A stretch of 62,812 bases of DNA, the filler included, from Rhabdomonas costata (taxonomy: Eukaryota): the NCBI GenBank assembly GCA_019059605.1. It is 41 parts of 41 records of this genome, joined end to end, with 100 filler letters (N's around TTAATTAATTAA, not from the genome) between each part and the next. Parts side by side here need not be neighbours in the genome. Positions count along the whole stretch, not along the records: positions 1 to 1,436 come from JAHMHO010016031.1; positions 1,537 to 2,971 come from JAHMHO010016032.1; positions 3,072 to 4,506 come from JAHMHO010016033.1; positions 4,607 to 6,041 come from JAHMHO010016034.1; positions 6,142 to 7,576 come from JAHMHO010016035.1; positions 7,677 to 9,111 come from JAHMHO010016036.1; positions 9,212 to 10,646 come from JAHMHO010016037.1; positions 10,747 to 12,181 come from JAHMHO010016038.1; 33 more parts are not named here. One strand, given 5' to 3'. This document shows positions 1 to 12,612 of this stretch, one piece after another. Both the position numbers and the translations under genes were made by a program. Position 1 is the stretch's first letter, and the number at the start of each line of letters is the position of its first letter. The notes under the pieces were generated by a model. The model was not told the origin of the DNA and did no database searches. It saw nothing but the letters and a program-made list of their open reading frames with translations.

Positions 1-1116
1 GGTGGTGGTGACCCGGGGATGTCAGAGCATGTATCGCTATGTCCTGGCTGTTATTCTGCTGCCACCATCCCTCGACCTACCCTGGGCATGTATCGCTATG
101 TTGGTGGCAGAGGATGTCGAGAGGGATGACAGCCAAGGTGATGATGATAGATGATGCTAGGGGGGATGGGGCCCCTTCTTTGCTGGTCGTATACTCCGCT
201 CCGCTACGTATACTCCCTAGATGCTGAAGATACTACTCCGTGATGGCCACCTCCACTTCGTTGCGGTGCCCATCCCTTCGTGAATACCGAATATCGAATA
301 CGCTAATCCGCTCGCTGCACTCGCTTCAAGAACACCAGAATATCCAAATACCCAGACGACAAATTCAACCCCAGATGTCACAAATCTCAACTCCAAAATC
401 CAACCCGAACCCCAAAGGACATGGAGAAGCAACCCCACAGAAAGACCGGAAAGCGTACCAATGTTGCTTCTCAATGAACAGCATCCGCGCCACAAGCCGC
501 ATGACCTTCTCGGCACTGGGCAGGTGGGCCTGAAACGATCTTCTTGCCAGAAAGCATAGGGGTTACCTGAGAAAACCCGCCACATGACGTCCATTTTGCA
601 TCCGCTCGTCACCAGGCTCCCTTGCGCATGAGTGCAGCTGACACCACTTTTTTAATATGCACACATCTGGGACATCTAGGGGCTTCCGTAACGGGCCCCT
701 ATGGGAATCGAGCCTGGGAGGGAACCCCCACCACACACACGCCCACCCATTGCCAATTGTGCAGGTCCGGACTGCTGCATCCGCCATATGCCCACACACT
801 GTGCTCATAGGCAGACTATGGGCCTCAGGCGTGTACAGCAACCATATAGGGGTCCCGCAATTCGCCCTATCAAGCCTGGCAGCCACAGCCCCACACGCGC
901 TCCATTGCGGTACCTTCGTATACTTTGGGACAGCCGGCCTAGAGGCTGGCCTATGGGCCTGTGGGCGGGTACCCCCAGTACACCCCATTTAGCCCCTCGA
1001 TTCCAGCCCGGGATTATGAGATTATGGCACACAGCGACCCCACATGTGTGGGGGGGTCCCCTCCACCTTCTGGCCATGGGATGAAGTCAGTATACTGCGA
1101 AAGTGATGGACACGTT

Positions 1117-1166
1117 TGCTTGCTTTGTTTTGTTGGTTTTGTTTTGTTTTGTTTTGTTTTGTTTTG
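1117..1166. repeat. (TTTTG)n microsatellite
   Basis: Directly visible tandem ttttg units. Confidence 0.9.
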
Positions 1167-1436
1167 CTTCTGCTTTGCTTGCTTCACGCGAGAATGAGCC
1201 TTCCCCCTCCGAGGCTCGAACACACACGACATCGTAGCTCAGGCTGCTGGAATACTGTCCCTAGTCAAGTATCAAGTTCAAGTGCATTTATCCCTGCCCA
1301 AACGCTTTGTTATACACAGACGAACATGCCCGTGAACAACTAATACTGCTTTGGGTAAAGCCAGGATCCATTGTGATGACAGACGGCTGCCCCGTGCAAA
1401 TGCAAATCTCTGGGGGTCCACAGGGGGTCCAAAAAA

Positions 1437-1536
1437 NNNNNNNNNNNNNNNNNNNNNNNNNNNNNNNNNNNNNNNNNNNNTTAATTAATTAANNNNNNNN
1501 NNNNNNNNNNNNNNNNNNNNNNNNNNNNNNNNNNNN
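1437..1536. other. Artificial contig-joining spacer N44-TTAATTAATTAA-N44 (first of 40 identical spacers)
   Basis: The same 100-bp spacer recurs about every 1535 bp, starting at 1437, 2972, 4507, 6042, 7577, 9112, 10647, 12182, 13717, 15251, 16784, 18319, 19854, 21390, 22925, 24460, 25995, 27530, 29065, 30600, 32135, 33670, 35205, 36739, 38273, 39807, 41341, 42876, 44410, 45944, 47478, 49012, 50546, 52078, 53612, 55146, 56680, 58212, 59746 and 61280. TTAATTAATTAA places stop codons in all six frames. Confidence 0.99.
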
Positions 1537-1980
1537 GCACCCTTTTTCTCCAGCGCGCGCTTTATCGTGATGGGGAAGAAATGTGGTGGTGTCCGGCAGG
1601 GGCAGCGGAGACACCATTTTCCACCCTAAAATGAAAGCACTGCAAAAAAAAAAAACTCTGGCCATCCCTTAAAACGGAACGCTAGCAGTTCTCCTGCTTT
1701 CATTTCTGGAACACGCGAAGGCAAAAGCAGGGTCATGCGGTGACAGTGCACAGTTTCAAGAAAGTATAACGTGACGTGACGTAACACAACGTGAACCCTC
1801 ATTTTCATTCTCGGCCGTGGCATGAGGTGGTGGCAATTTTGTCACGCCTCTCCTTGAAGTCTGGCGCCAACCTCGACTTCGGGTGGTATTATCGCAATAC
1901 TAAGCTGAACTTGCTTCACACCGAGCTGGTCTGGGTCCGTGGGTGTGAGTGGCCGGCGGGTGGTGGATCCACACAATGAC

Positions 1981-2261
1981 CTGCAGGACGAAGAACTCCC
2001 TTTCGTGGTGACTGCAGCAATGGCGAAGGAGGGGATCACGGCCTCCGTCTGAGTGGCACTCTCACGAAGAAGCGCACCCGCAAAGCGAGAGGCCTTAGCT
2101 TGCCGTCCAGCTGCCGCTGCGGGGGTCACAGAGGTCAGCGCCTCACAGAGAAGCTCCAGCATGTGGACGAGCGCCCTCACGGCTTGCTCGGTGTCCCAAG
2201 GGGTGCATACAGCGAGCATCTCCACAGGGCCACAACGGCTCAACCGCCACTCATCGAGGAG
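1981..2261 (-). CDS. Probable coding exon, hypothetical protein (LLDEWRLSRCGPVEMLAV...)
   Basis: GC-rich open frame after an (AC)n-ctcag acceptor, with a candidate donor ag|gtcatt. No family recognised. Confidence 0.4.
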
Positions 2262-3625
2262 CTGAGTGTGTGTGGTGTGATTATGTGTGTGTCTGTGGGC
2301 AAACTGTTGGTGTGAAGCTGTTATACACTGTCCCAGTTACCCAAACCATAGACCCTTTCAAGACATTTTCAAAGCAAAAGACAGCACAGCAACAAGATAC
2401 AATGCAGACAACGCCAGAGAGGTTTTACGTGCCACACCCTTTCCATTTCACATTTCTTCGGATGTGGGGAAGACAAAAACATGCACAGCAATAGATTCAC
2501 AGCTAATGCACTCTGCAGCGTGCAGCTGTTGCAGGCACCACATGACAATTTACCCACAGGACATTACGGGAACCCGCGAACTTCGAGATGTAACATAGAA
2601 GACCCTCAGGTTCGGGGTGTTGTTAGGCTTGTTACGTTTCTTCGGGGGGGGGGCAAATACCACAGGTTTCCGCATCTCCCTAAACTGAAATACATACTGC
2701 AACGGTCTGAAGGACCGGCCTTCGCAGCGTTTTGGGAGGCCAACAGTATATACAAAAGACCCCAGGCCTGCTTCGGGTTCGCCCTCATAACATTGAAGGC
2801 AACGTTTTCATAATTAATCTGAACACCCCCCCCCTCTCATACGTCAAATGTTCATTTTTGGTGTCTTCATGGGAGGCCGACCACTGTGGCTACGTCCTGC
2901 GCCTGGCCTATTCCCATTAGCGCTCTGACTTCCAGCATCATGGAGCGGCTACTCTGCAGTTAACAAAAAAANNNNNNNNNNNNNNNNNNNNNNNNNNNNN
3001 NNNNNNNNNNNNNNNTTAATTAATTAANNNNNNNNNNNNNNNNNNNNNNNNNNNNNNNNNNNNNNNNNNNNGGTGGGGGGTCCCCATAATGCACTTGATA
3101 CGAGGGGGGTCCCCATAATTCCACTACGCCAGAAGTGAATGAAAGAAGGGTTGTGCACGGATAGAAAACAGTGATTTCTGACGTGAGTAACTGCTACAGT
3201 GGTTTTCAGTTATCCTACTCCTGTCACTCTTGTAGCAATCATAATGGGGCGCAGTACCCCGTTCCCTGGCTGTTCAGCCTGTCCTGATGCGCATGAGGGA
3301 TTGGGCCCGGAGTACCGTTTTCGAGCCACCCGAAAAATTTCAAAAAGAATTAAAACGTTGCCACACCCAAACATCAATCCGGCTTCACCGAAATTTCAGG
3401 GTACATGACTGCGGGTTTTTTTTTGAAAATTCAGGAAACGGTTGCGATTTTTTGAAAATTGAGGAAACGGTTGTGAAACGCATTCTTTGCAGACAGAATC
3501 CATACTGTCCTCTGACTTGCATGACATTTTGAGACGCGTTTCCTGGAGGCGTGTGCCACCTGCACACGTTTCTTCCCTGCAAGGGCCCGTTGCGGTGTCT
3601 TCACTTTGGTGTACCGTTGGCGCAG

Positions 3626-4506
3626 GGCGTGGTGCCCCAGATGTTTCTTGTGCTTAACCCGGCGATCCAGTTTGCGGTCTATGAGAGCCTCAAGGCGCTG
3701 GGGCACAGCTCATACAAGATTCATCTGGACAACATCTTGCCTGGATGGTGCGGCGTTTTCAGCCTCTTCTCCGGGCTAATGCAATGAGCGCACAGCTTTC
3801 TTTTTCTGTGCCACTTGAGCGGATTGTGCGAGTGGGCATCGATTGCTGAAGCTTGCATTCGTGAAAGTCAGTCCGGAAAAGTGGATTGCAGGGTAACCCG
3901 TGTGGCTCTGCGGTACTGTTCTGGTCCCCCTCGATGTTATAGCCACGAACTGTCCCTGAAGAGCGGACAGGTTGTCTTCTCAAAGTAGCTGTATTTGGGT
4001 ATTTTGAAACTTACGACTGGGGCTTTTTGTCGCTTGCCACGTTCTGCTGCAGTTGGATTTTTACGGAGTGGGTTCTCATCTTTTACTTGCTTCTGCAAGT
4101 TGGTTGTTTTGCGCTGTGAACAAATGCCGTGCTAAACAAGTGCTGTGGCCCAATTTATCTTACCTGGAGCTGACGACCGGACTGCTCACAGACACCAAAG
4201 TCTTTATTCACACTCATCCTCTTCCTTCCCGCAAATATTTAGCATGCCGGTGTCCACACAACACACACACACACACAATCACAGGCTGCTTCTGCCCTCC
4301 GTGGTGGTTTCAAAAACCATTGCGACGGCGGTCACTACCCCGTTCAACGTGATCAAGGTGCGGATGCAGGACCCCCAGAACAGGATCGTGGACAAGTCCC
4401 AGCGGTATCGATCCATGATGCAGTCGATTCGGATCATCTCCCGCCGGGAGGGCCTGCGGGGCTTCTTCCGTGGCTTGGTCCCCACTATTCTGAGGACCCA
4501 CAACGC
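3626..4506 (+). CDS. Mitochondrial carrier family (SLC25) protein, folate/FAD or peroxisomal nucleotide carrier-like, partial
   Basis: Exons 3626-3747 and 4285-4506, joined by a phase-compatible GT-AG intron 3748-4284. Peptide GVVPQMFLVLNPAIQFAVYESLK...SKTIATAVTTPFNVIKVRMQD...REGLRGFFRGLVPTILR carries a Px[N]xxKxR variant of the carrier signature and the EG-x-x-G-F-F-R-G motif. Confidence 0.93.
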
Positions 4507-5155
4507 NNNNNNNNNNNNNNNNNNNNNNNNNNNNNNNNNNNNNNNNNNNNTTAATTAATTAANNNNNNNNNNNNNNNNNNNNNNNNNNNNNNNNNNNNNN
4601 NNNNNNGTTGGGGTGGAAACGGAAACATCAAAGCGGTCAAGAGCGGGGGGAAAATGAGCGGTTGCGCGGAGAGGATCTTTGAGGATCCTCTAGAATGAGA
4701 GAGAGAGTGTGTGTGTGCGTGTGTGAGCAAAAATTTGTCTCTTCAGCATTGTAATGAAACACAAAGACAATGAAAAGGGGGGGGCTCTTCCCGAAAGCAG
4801 GGAAAAGTTCAGATGGGATCTTTGTCGTGAAAAAAGCGGTGGAAGCGTAAGCAATGCTCACATGCAAGGTTTTGTCTCCCTGTTGCGAGTGGCAGTTTAC
4901 CATGATCACCAGCAGCTACATCTCAAATGGTCAAAATGGTCAAATGTGGTCAATCACAGTCCCGCAGGGATAATAATGAATGGACGATACTCACAAAGCA
5001 TCCAACAACAACCTTTTCAATCCCACACAAAAGGGAGGCCCGTCAGGGACATACTAGGATTTCGAAGAATCCTAAAGAGCACGAATACGACAACGAGCGC
5101 AATTCCGTATTCCCGGGGTTGCGTGGACGGAATACGTTGGGGGGTGAAATGCGAC

Positions 5156-5742
5156 CTTGCGCATCTCCCGGATCGGGGGGTAGATCCGGCCCTGGGAGAC
5201 CCAGTTCGCCACGGTGTAGTCCGACAGCGCCGTGGAGGCCTCCATGATCATGTTATCGGTGACCTTCTTAACTCCCGCCAGGATGGCGCCGGCGCCCAGC
5301 CCAGGGAAGATGAACGCGTTGTTGCCTACGCCGCGACAACGTGAGGAAAACAAGAGCTAAGAGCACTCAAAATAATTTGCCGAGAGCAGGCGGGAAAGTT
5401 AGGTCGTCAATTGAGCAGCTGCGTGGGATGATGTGTGTGAGTGAAATTAGGAGTGAAAATGTCACCACGGAAAATAAAGTCAGTTCCTTTGGGAGGTAGT
5501 ACTGGAGGAGCTAATAGTGTCTGCACCTTTTGCAGCTCACGGCTAACGGAAAAAAGAGACTGCGGCAAGCGCAAACAGAAATGGGTTCGCAGAGGGACTC
5601 ATAGAGAGGAGAGGAGAAGAGATCCAGATCCCATACTGGAGCAGAACCAACATCACCAAAAAACGCACACACCCTGGCCGATGGGGTGCTCCTTGCCCTC
5701 CCAAGGCACGGGCGGGAAGGGGCTGCCGGAAGCCACGAGGGC
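5156..5742 (-). CDS. NAD(P)-dependent malic enzyme, C-terminal exons
   Basis: Exons 5742-5673 and 5325-5156, with GT-AG intron 5672-5326. They splice to [39 protein letters not shown]...GRIYPPIREMRK, containing the classic ASGSPF and GQGNNxxIFPG motifs. Confidence 0.96.
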
Positions 5743-6597
5743 CTGACAACAAAAGGGCTCCCACAATGTGCACCGGCCTGCCCCTGACACGACTGTCATA
5801 TGAACGATGTTGCAAGCGTAAGTTTGTACGACAACGAAATTGTGTGGCAGCGAAATCGGCACAAGGGTGCACTAGAGATCGGAAAAAGGAGGTATACAAA
5901 CTAAACTACAAATTAGACTCCCTTCCAATCTAATTCCAATCAATCTCCTTCGACTCCAATAAAATCCAACATTTGATTCCTTCACCTTCATCCTCTGGAC
6001 ACCGTTGTATTTAACCCAAGTGAGGCCATTTGAACTGAAAANNNNNNNNNNNNNNNNNNNNNNNNNNNNNNNNNNNNNNNNNNNNTTAATTAATTAANNN
6101 NNNNNNNNNNNNNNNNNNNNNNNNNNNNNNNNNNNNNNNNNTTTGTGACGTTCGGATTTCCTGCACAAAGAGAAAACGCCAACGTCACGTGAACAACCTG
6201 CAAGCTTCAAAGGAGTGCTCTACCATTGAAAATTTACATGAATTCTGCTTCGAGATCCTTCAGACGCAAAGTATCAAACGCGTCCACCACAGGAACAAAC
6301 AAAGGTATATAGCCTACGAACAAGGAACGAAGTCAAAAAAGATTATTCAGCAAAGCAGTGCACGAAAGTCCATGAATTTCTCATGCTATTCTGGGGATCC
6401 TCGGAGGGGTACCACGGCCTCTTTAGCCGGCATCGCTGTCAAGGACCATGGGGGTGTACCAGCAAATAAAATGCGCGCGCTCTCCGAAGTCCAGGAGGAC
6501 ACAAAAGGTCGGCTGTTTCTCTGCCACAGCCTCACCATCCGTGTGAGGATGCCGTGACGAGATATCAGAGAGCTGCACGGGTGATTGAAGCAAACAC

Positions 6598-6806
6598 CGA
6601 TGCAAAGCCAGCCCCAGCAGGACCACATTGAACAAATGGAACGCCATCAGGCCGCGCAAAAGAGGCTCAGACCAATCGACCGCAGCAATAAACGAGCGCA
6701 ACGCGGGCCACACGGCAAGGCTGGGATCCTGCCAGGCCTGGGTCAGGTTCTGCCCAAAATCGACCAGTCGGGACAGCAGGTCACGGGCCTGGTCGATTCC
6801 ATCCAT
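6598..6806 (-). CDS. TMEM18: Transmembrane protein 18-like, first coding exon
   Basis: MDGIDQ...FIAAVDWSEPLLRGLMAFHLFNVVLLGL matches the TMEM18 N-terminal DWxEPxLxxLxxFH motif. Donor cg|gtgttt at 6597. Confidence 0.8.
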
Positions 6807-7008
6807 CCTCAAGTTACTGCACTCAACACCAAGACACTGGCGAGTGAAAAAGTATCGTAAAGGTGACATAAGATGGGTGGAAAAAAGGGTTGAGAACACA
6901 TTTACCTGCGGGGTAGCGACGATAGTGTCTCCTGCGATTCCGAGGGGTTAGGTGGCGAAGCACGTGTGTATCCCGGTAGTTTTTCCAGGATTGATGGTGT
7001 CCCATGCA

Positions 7009-7576
7009 CATGGGTGTCCCATATAAAATGTCCCAATTTGATTTCTGAACAAAAAGTTATTCAAAGCTTGGTACCCGAGTGGCAATTTTATACCGCTTGG
7101 AGGGTCTTTGCGACCCTCCAAGGGCTCCGTTTTGTTCGCAGCGTTTCTCTAATTTTCCCGACACAGCCTCAAGAGAGCCTTGAGAGTGCTGCGAGGGGAG
7201 AGACGTGCCCCCTTGCCAGACGCTGCTGAGGTGGCCCCCACAGGAAGAAGTCCAGGGGCGAGAGAGATCCGGTGATTGAGGTGGCCAGAGGACCGAGCCC
7301 GAGTGGGGACTCTCCTCCCCCCATGGCCAGCAGTTGTGCTTGCTGACTTGCCCTTTTAAGGTTTAGGTAAAAATGGGCCTCGTCCGTAAATAGTAGAGAC
7401 CGCCGGAAGGAGGGACTTCCCCTCTTGTCCAAGAGCCACCGACAAAATTGCAGCTGTTTGGCTCTGTTCCCAACTGCATGCTGTAGGGGAAGAGCCGCAG
7501 CTGCTGTCACAAAATGCTGTGGACCCCGGACTGGCTCACTCCAGACTTCAAGCTCAAGCCGCACCCAGAGACCCAC
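7009..7576 (-). mobile_element. Degenerate, internally deleted Tc1/mariner DNA transposon remnant
   Basis: Frameshifted transposase motifs: LQFCRWLL, LLFTDEAHFYLN, G-x-VSKHNCWPW-x-EESP, WPPQSPDL and PLDFFLWG. The segment between the first catalytic Asp and the WP-x-x-SPDL block is missing. A TIR-like catgggtgtcccatataaaatgtccc lies at ~7009-7035. Confidence 0.85.
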
Positions 7577-9249
7577 NNNNNNNNNNNNNNNNNNNNNNNN
7601 NNNNNNNNNNNNNNNNNNNNTTAATTAATTAANNNNNNNNNNNNNNNNNNNNNNNNNNNNNNNNNNNNNNNNNNNNTTTTTGTTGTCAGTCAGAGTGCCG
7701 GGAAAAAGATCGCGCGGCGGTATGTGTGGACATCAATTCCTCTTTTTGTGGTTATACGGGAGGATTCCGGAAACACCCATCTGGCCTCGTCTTTCGGCCA
7801 CCCGATTTGCACCATTCATTAGGAGTCACCCTGGGAAAATGGGGAGAGGGCAGTACGACCACGTACTACGGCTCATACTGTCACGTGAATCAGGACTTGA
7901 GGAATTGAGGACAGCTTTGAACTCAACTCAGCCCTCGGAGGTCCCACTTGGTGGGATAACAAAAATATGAACAAAATTAAATGGCATAACTACAGAATCC
8001 CGACCCCATAGAGGAAAGAGAACATCACTGAAAACTACCGTCCTTGATGCAATCCAGCAAAGCCAAAAAAGGATCAGATTGTGCAGGCAAGTTCCGCCGC
8101 CACTGGAATTCCTAATAGAAGTTGGGTATACTCATAGCTTCTCAGCCTCTGACTTGTTTTGGCCTAACGGAGCGGGCCGGACCGGAACGGAAGATTATTG
8201 CTGCATTTTATGTCCATTACGGACCTATTGAGGCGGTTTGGGTCTTGCTGGCGTAGCAAAAAGAGGAATCGATGTTGGTTCGCAGTTCCGTGCTGGCTGT
8301 GCCTCAACTGTGCCAACACGGAATATGTTTCGCGCGTGTACTTGGGTGGGATGTGCTCAGAAACCAGAGAGGACGCTTTCTCTATGCACAGACAGAAACA
8401 ACACAAAAGCGGCTGTGACCAGAACCGGTGTGCAACCCATCTCAACCCATGTGATGCTACAAGGTGGACTGCAGAAGGATTGAGCGCCGCCAAATGCAAA
8501 CGAAAAACCTGAGAAAGTCACAACGCATTTCGCGATGTCACATGCCGCGCTCCAAAGAGATTAAAAAAGGTCGAAATCCCTTGGGCAACGCAGCGCTGCT
8601 CTCGATCTGCCTCAGGGCCAGGCAAAAAAATGAAGGGAGACCCCGGCTCCAATGAGGGGGTATTCGGGAATGAAATAACATTACTTTTGCACTCATTCCA
8701 CAAGTTGTAAGTAACCTTTGCGGTTCGACTCCTCGTTCAAAAATATGCCATGTATGCATATGCAATAAGCTGTCGAGGCGGCACGGTTTCGTGTCTTCAC
8801 GGGCGTTTTGAAAACATTGAAAAACCAGTTGCCGAACAACAAAGCATTGCAATCCCACGTGCAGCCGATGCGCCGGTAAAGTTCTTCAGAACAAACTCAG
8901 CTTGCATGGACGGAGTTCACTTGAAAAAATGAGATGGTAGAAAAAGAACCACCAAGAGGCACCAAGAGGAGCCTCCTTCAGACAGTCTCAAACAGAAGCG
9001 AGGACGTAGGTCCGCTCTTCTGGTCAACTCTGTTGCATTCCAGCACGGACACAAAGAATAAAGCGTCGCAGAAGAGTGGTCCTGCGCAAACAGCATCCCC
9101 ACCCCAACCACNNNNNNNNNNNNNNNNNNNNNNNNNNNNNNNNNNNNNNNNNNNNTTAATTAATTAANNNNNNNNNNNNNNNNNNNNNNNNNNNNNNNNN
9201 NNNNNNNNNNNGGTGTGGGGGGGGGAGCCCCATACTGTCTGAGGGGAAC

Positions 9250-9457
9250 CTCTTTCCTCGGCCTGCTGCAGCAGAAGGATCTGCCGCACCTCGTCGTCCG
9301 GAAAGCTGTAGTCGCAGCCCTCCGTGGGGCAACGGCATGCCTCCTTGGCCCGCTCCGCGACCTCAACGGCACGCACGGCGCACTCCAGGCACAGTCGGTG
9401 CGAGGAGGGACAGTTCAAGGTGTACAACGCCGTGACCGGGAAGTCGTACTGACAGAT
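9250..9457 (-). CDS. RING1 domain exon of an RBR-type E3 ubiquitin ligase
   Basis: Acceptor ggtcag|atc and donor g|gttccc. Peptide ICQYDFPVTALYTLNCPSSHRLCLECAVRAVEVAERAKEACRCPTEGCDYSFPDDEVRQIL shows C3HC4 spacing with the RBR-typical CPxxxC end. Confidence 0.8.
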
Positions 9458-10435
9458 CTGACCAATGTGATTTAAATAGCACTATACGGCGCTCTCTTTC
9501 CGGTTTTTCAAAACCATGGCCACTGTGCCATAAAGAAACCGGTGAATTGGAAATGTGGTCAGTGAGACCCAGTGAGCCAGTACGGTGCACGCCAGAAAAC
9601 ACCCACAATGAAGACATTTTGGTCGAGTGGCCTGCCCAATAAGCGAGGACGAAACCGAATGCCCCCGGTAACATCGCAGTTTTCATTGCAAAGGCTACCA
9701 TGATCCCCACGTAAACGGCCTTTTCGTGGAATGGAGCATTGTAAAATGGAACACCAGCAAGGGGGTTGTCGGGAAACACAGTGGAATGGTTTTCTGGAGA
9801 AGCAAGTACCAGTTCCCACGCTCCGGCGGCAACAAAAGTGGACCGGAAACCAGACTCCCGTCGGACAGCAGCCACCTACAACTCCCTCAACACCGGCTTT
9901 TGGCGAGAGTCTCATCAGAGTGCAAATACTAATACTACCCCTACAACCTTACTACCACCACAAATGCCGTACACACACAGAAAGGTGCATGATGAGACAG
10001 CGCTGGGTCATGACGTTCGGTTACCCCCAACAGCCCGAGACATATTTACACATACAATTGCACATGTTTCCTGTTTCCTGACCGCTTCTCGGGGTGAGGG
10101 GTGCGGATCACCCCTCTGCTACTGGGCGCAGGTTCTGAAGAAACCTCAATTGCGCTTGCACACATCAAACACTGTACCGCATTTCAGTGATATTCAGAGT
10201 TCAAATACCACAGAACCTAGCCCTAGCCCTAACCCCAACCCCAAAACTGAAGTGAGTGGATGTGCGCAACGTGGAGGAGTGACGAGAAGGAGTGAAGAGG
10301 AGAAGTAAACCTGGGCTGGGACATACGTTCCCGAACCCGAACCATGAAACCTACAAACACAGTAGGCAGTGGTAGCAGCCGCAGCAGCGGCGGCGGCGGT
10401 AGTAACGGGGGAAGCCATTCGAAGTGTGCACACAC

Positions 10436-10624
10436 CATATCATTCTCGGAGTAAATGAAGAAGTCGAACTCCTCAATTTGCTCCGAGATCGCGGTGCGGG
10501 AGATCATCGACAAGGCATGCCCGATGCTCGCCTCGAAGCGCTGGTATACCACCTCCACAGAGCCGTTGATCCGCTTGCAGTGCAGCGCCCGCGCCACGGC
10601 CTTCTCAATGGGGCCCGGAGATTC
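10436..10624 (-). CDS. Coding exon, glycosyltransferase-like (FDFFIYSENDM)
   Basis: Acceptor ctcag|ga and donor atg|gtgtgt, with high GC3. A hydrophobic strand followed by E-N-D resembles the GT-A DxD/EDD region. Confidence 0.5.
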
Positions 10625-12409
10625 CTGAGTAGAACAAACAACACAANNNNNNNNNNNNNNNNNNNNNNNNNNNNNNNNNNNNNNNNNNNNTTAATTAATT
10701 AANNNNNNNNNNNNNNNNNNNNNNNNNNNNNNNNNNNNNNNNNNNNTTTGGGGTGGTGTGTACCATCAGCTGGCCCACCATCTTCAGGAGGTCGAGCATC
10801 GTGGGCCAAGCCAGGAGTGAGTCCACAACATGGTCACATCAATGATCGCACGAAATCTAATGTTACAATTCCCGCTCTGGCGGAGGGAGAGTGGGCCAGA
10901 AGGGTGAAAGGGCCGCCGACGTTCAAACGCGTTGCGGGGGATATGCCTTGACTTCTTCTTTGACTACTGCTTCCACTGCACCCGTCGAAAGAAGGCCTCT
11001 TCCCCTTAATGTGGGCCCTGCGACGCTGAAGCGGAGGACTCCGTCTCACGCCGCTCAGCAGCTGAGTGTGAACGGTAAAGGCACCACTGTTGAAGAGCTG
11101 CTGTTTTTACCTTGCTATCTGTAGTGGCCTATGATCACTGGCTCGTTGGAACTGAGTTTATGTTGGATTTCGGTGGACGAGTTGGCGAGGTTTTGTGGGC
11201 GGTTGCCTGAACCGCGGAGGGCTGAGCGGGCAGCTGACATTAACGCTTCAACTGTGTTTTTTATGATCTGTTGCAGCCGTGGTATCCGAAGCGATGCACA
11301 TATCTGGGTCAGGGTAACCCCAGCGTTGAACAGCGCTTATTATTTCTCCACCCCCCCCCCCAAAAAAAAATGCATCTCATCTGTTTATTCGCTGTGCCTA
11401 GACTTTTTCTTTGCATCGATAAGAAGGGGTTTGCTATCAAACAGCAGATCACACCAGAACTTCACATGGTTGACCATTGGCTGTAGTCTTACTCTCGTTT
11501 TGGTTTTCTTCAGCTGTGAGTTTTTATCGGGAGATTTCTGTGTGCGTTGCGCTTTCCTTGTGTGCTGCTGACCTTCCTTTGCTGTTGCTGCCCAGCCCAC
11601 CCTTTAATCACCGTTTTTGGCGCTGAGAGGCGCGCACGAAATGTGCGTAGTGCAAATTGGAAGACCGCGGGGCTATCCCCTTTGAGGTGAACCCACAAGT
11701 CAGTCCTTCGAAAAGGCCTTTCGGTGCGTGCTCCGTCCTTACGGCTCACCTTTACATCCCGTGACCTTAAAAGACTTTGAACCTCGATTATTGGATTGGT
11801 CGGAATAAACAGGGCATGATGATTGTCTGTGGCACCAGCCCTCAAAGTTTTAAGTGTCTTCCCGCCCTGTGCGAGTCGATGACCCTGTCGCAAATGACGT
11901 TTTACAAGTTCTACAACGGAAAGGTGGCCTACTCTTGGCTTCCCCCAGGACCTCACAACCTTTGTCGCACCTTTCCTTGAGATTTTTAAGGAGTATCGAA
12001 GCACATTTTGTGACATAGCACTGAAAAGTTCCCTGCTACAGAAAAAAATGTGAAGACGCTATGCTGCCATGTTTACTATTACCATTTTCTTTCTGTTAAA
12101 TTCAAGTCAATTTAACAGAAAGAAAATGGTAATTTTTCGGTTGCCACTGATGCCCCCCCCCCATCAAACACACTCAACACANNNNNNNNNNNNNNNNNNN
12201 NNNNNNNNNNNNNNNNNNNNNNNNNTTAATTAATTAANNNNNNNNNNNNNNNNNNNNNNNNNNNNNNNNNNNNNNNNNNNNAGTGGGTGATGAGAGGCTG
12301 GGAGCGCTACCACCACCAACGCTTTTCTTCTTCGTTTCTCCTTGCGCTTCACTTGCCGAGCGCTGGGATGTAAAAACAAAGCAGCGTGCACTGGAAAACA
12401 CTGACGCAC

Positions 12410-12612
12410 CACTCCGTGTAGCAGCTGAAGTGGCTGTCGAACCAGTTCACCTTCTCAATGGCGGAGGTCGACTTCAGCGCGTTCTTCACCACCCGCTCGA
12501 AGTCGGGGCCAGCGCCCTTGCCGACGAAGATGGAGGGCAGGGCCCATTCCCTCAGACTCCAACCACCCATCACGAACATCGCGATCTTGCTCCAGTCGAA
12601 CCTCTTCTGCAT
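12410..12612 (-). CDS. Coding exon, hypothetical protein (MQKRFDWSKIAMFVMGGWSLREWALPSIFVGKGAGPDFERVVKNALK...)
   Basis: Acceptor gttcag|atg and donor tg|gtgcgt, with strong GC3 bias against AT-richer flanks. Confidence 0.65.

Noticed and set aside
27-240. Short direct repeats (gcatgtatcgctatgt x2, tatactcc x2-3)
   Set aside because: Irregular spacing and only two to three copies. No array structure.
8722-8732. GGTTCGACTCC tRNA T-loop/B-box-like motif
   Set aside because: No acceptor stem, D-arm or anticodon arm can be folded around it.
10216-10243. Telomere-like cctagccctagccctaaccccaacccc
   Set aside because: Only about four degenerate units, internal to the contig. Not a chromosome end.
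11510-12016. 168-aa minus-strand ORF
   Set aside because: No family motif or convincing splice boundaries.
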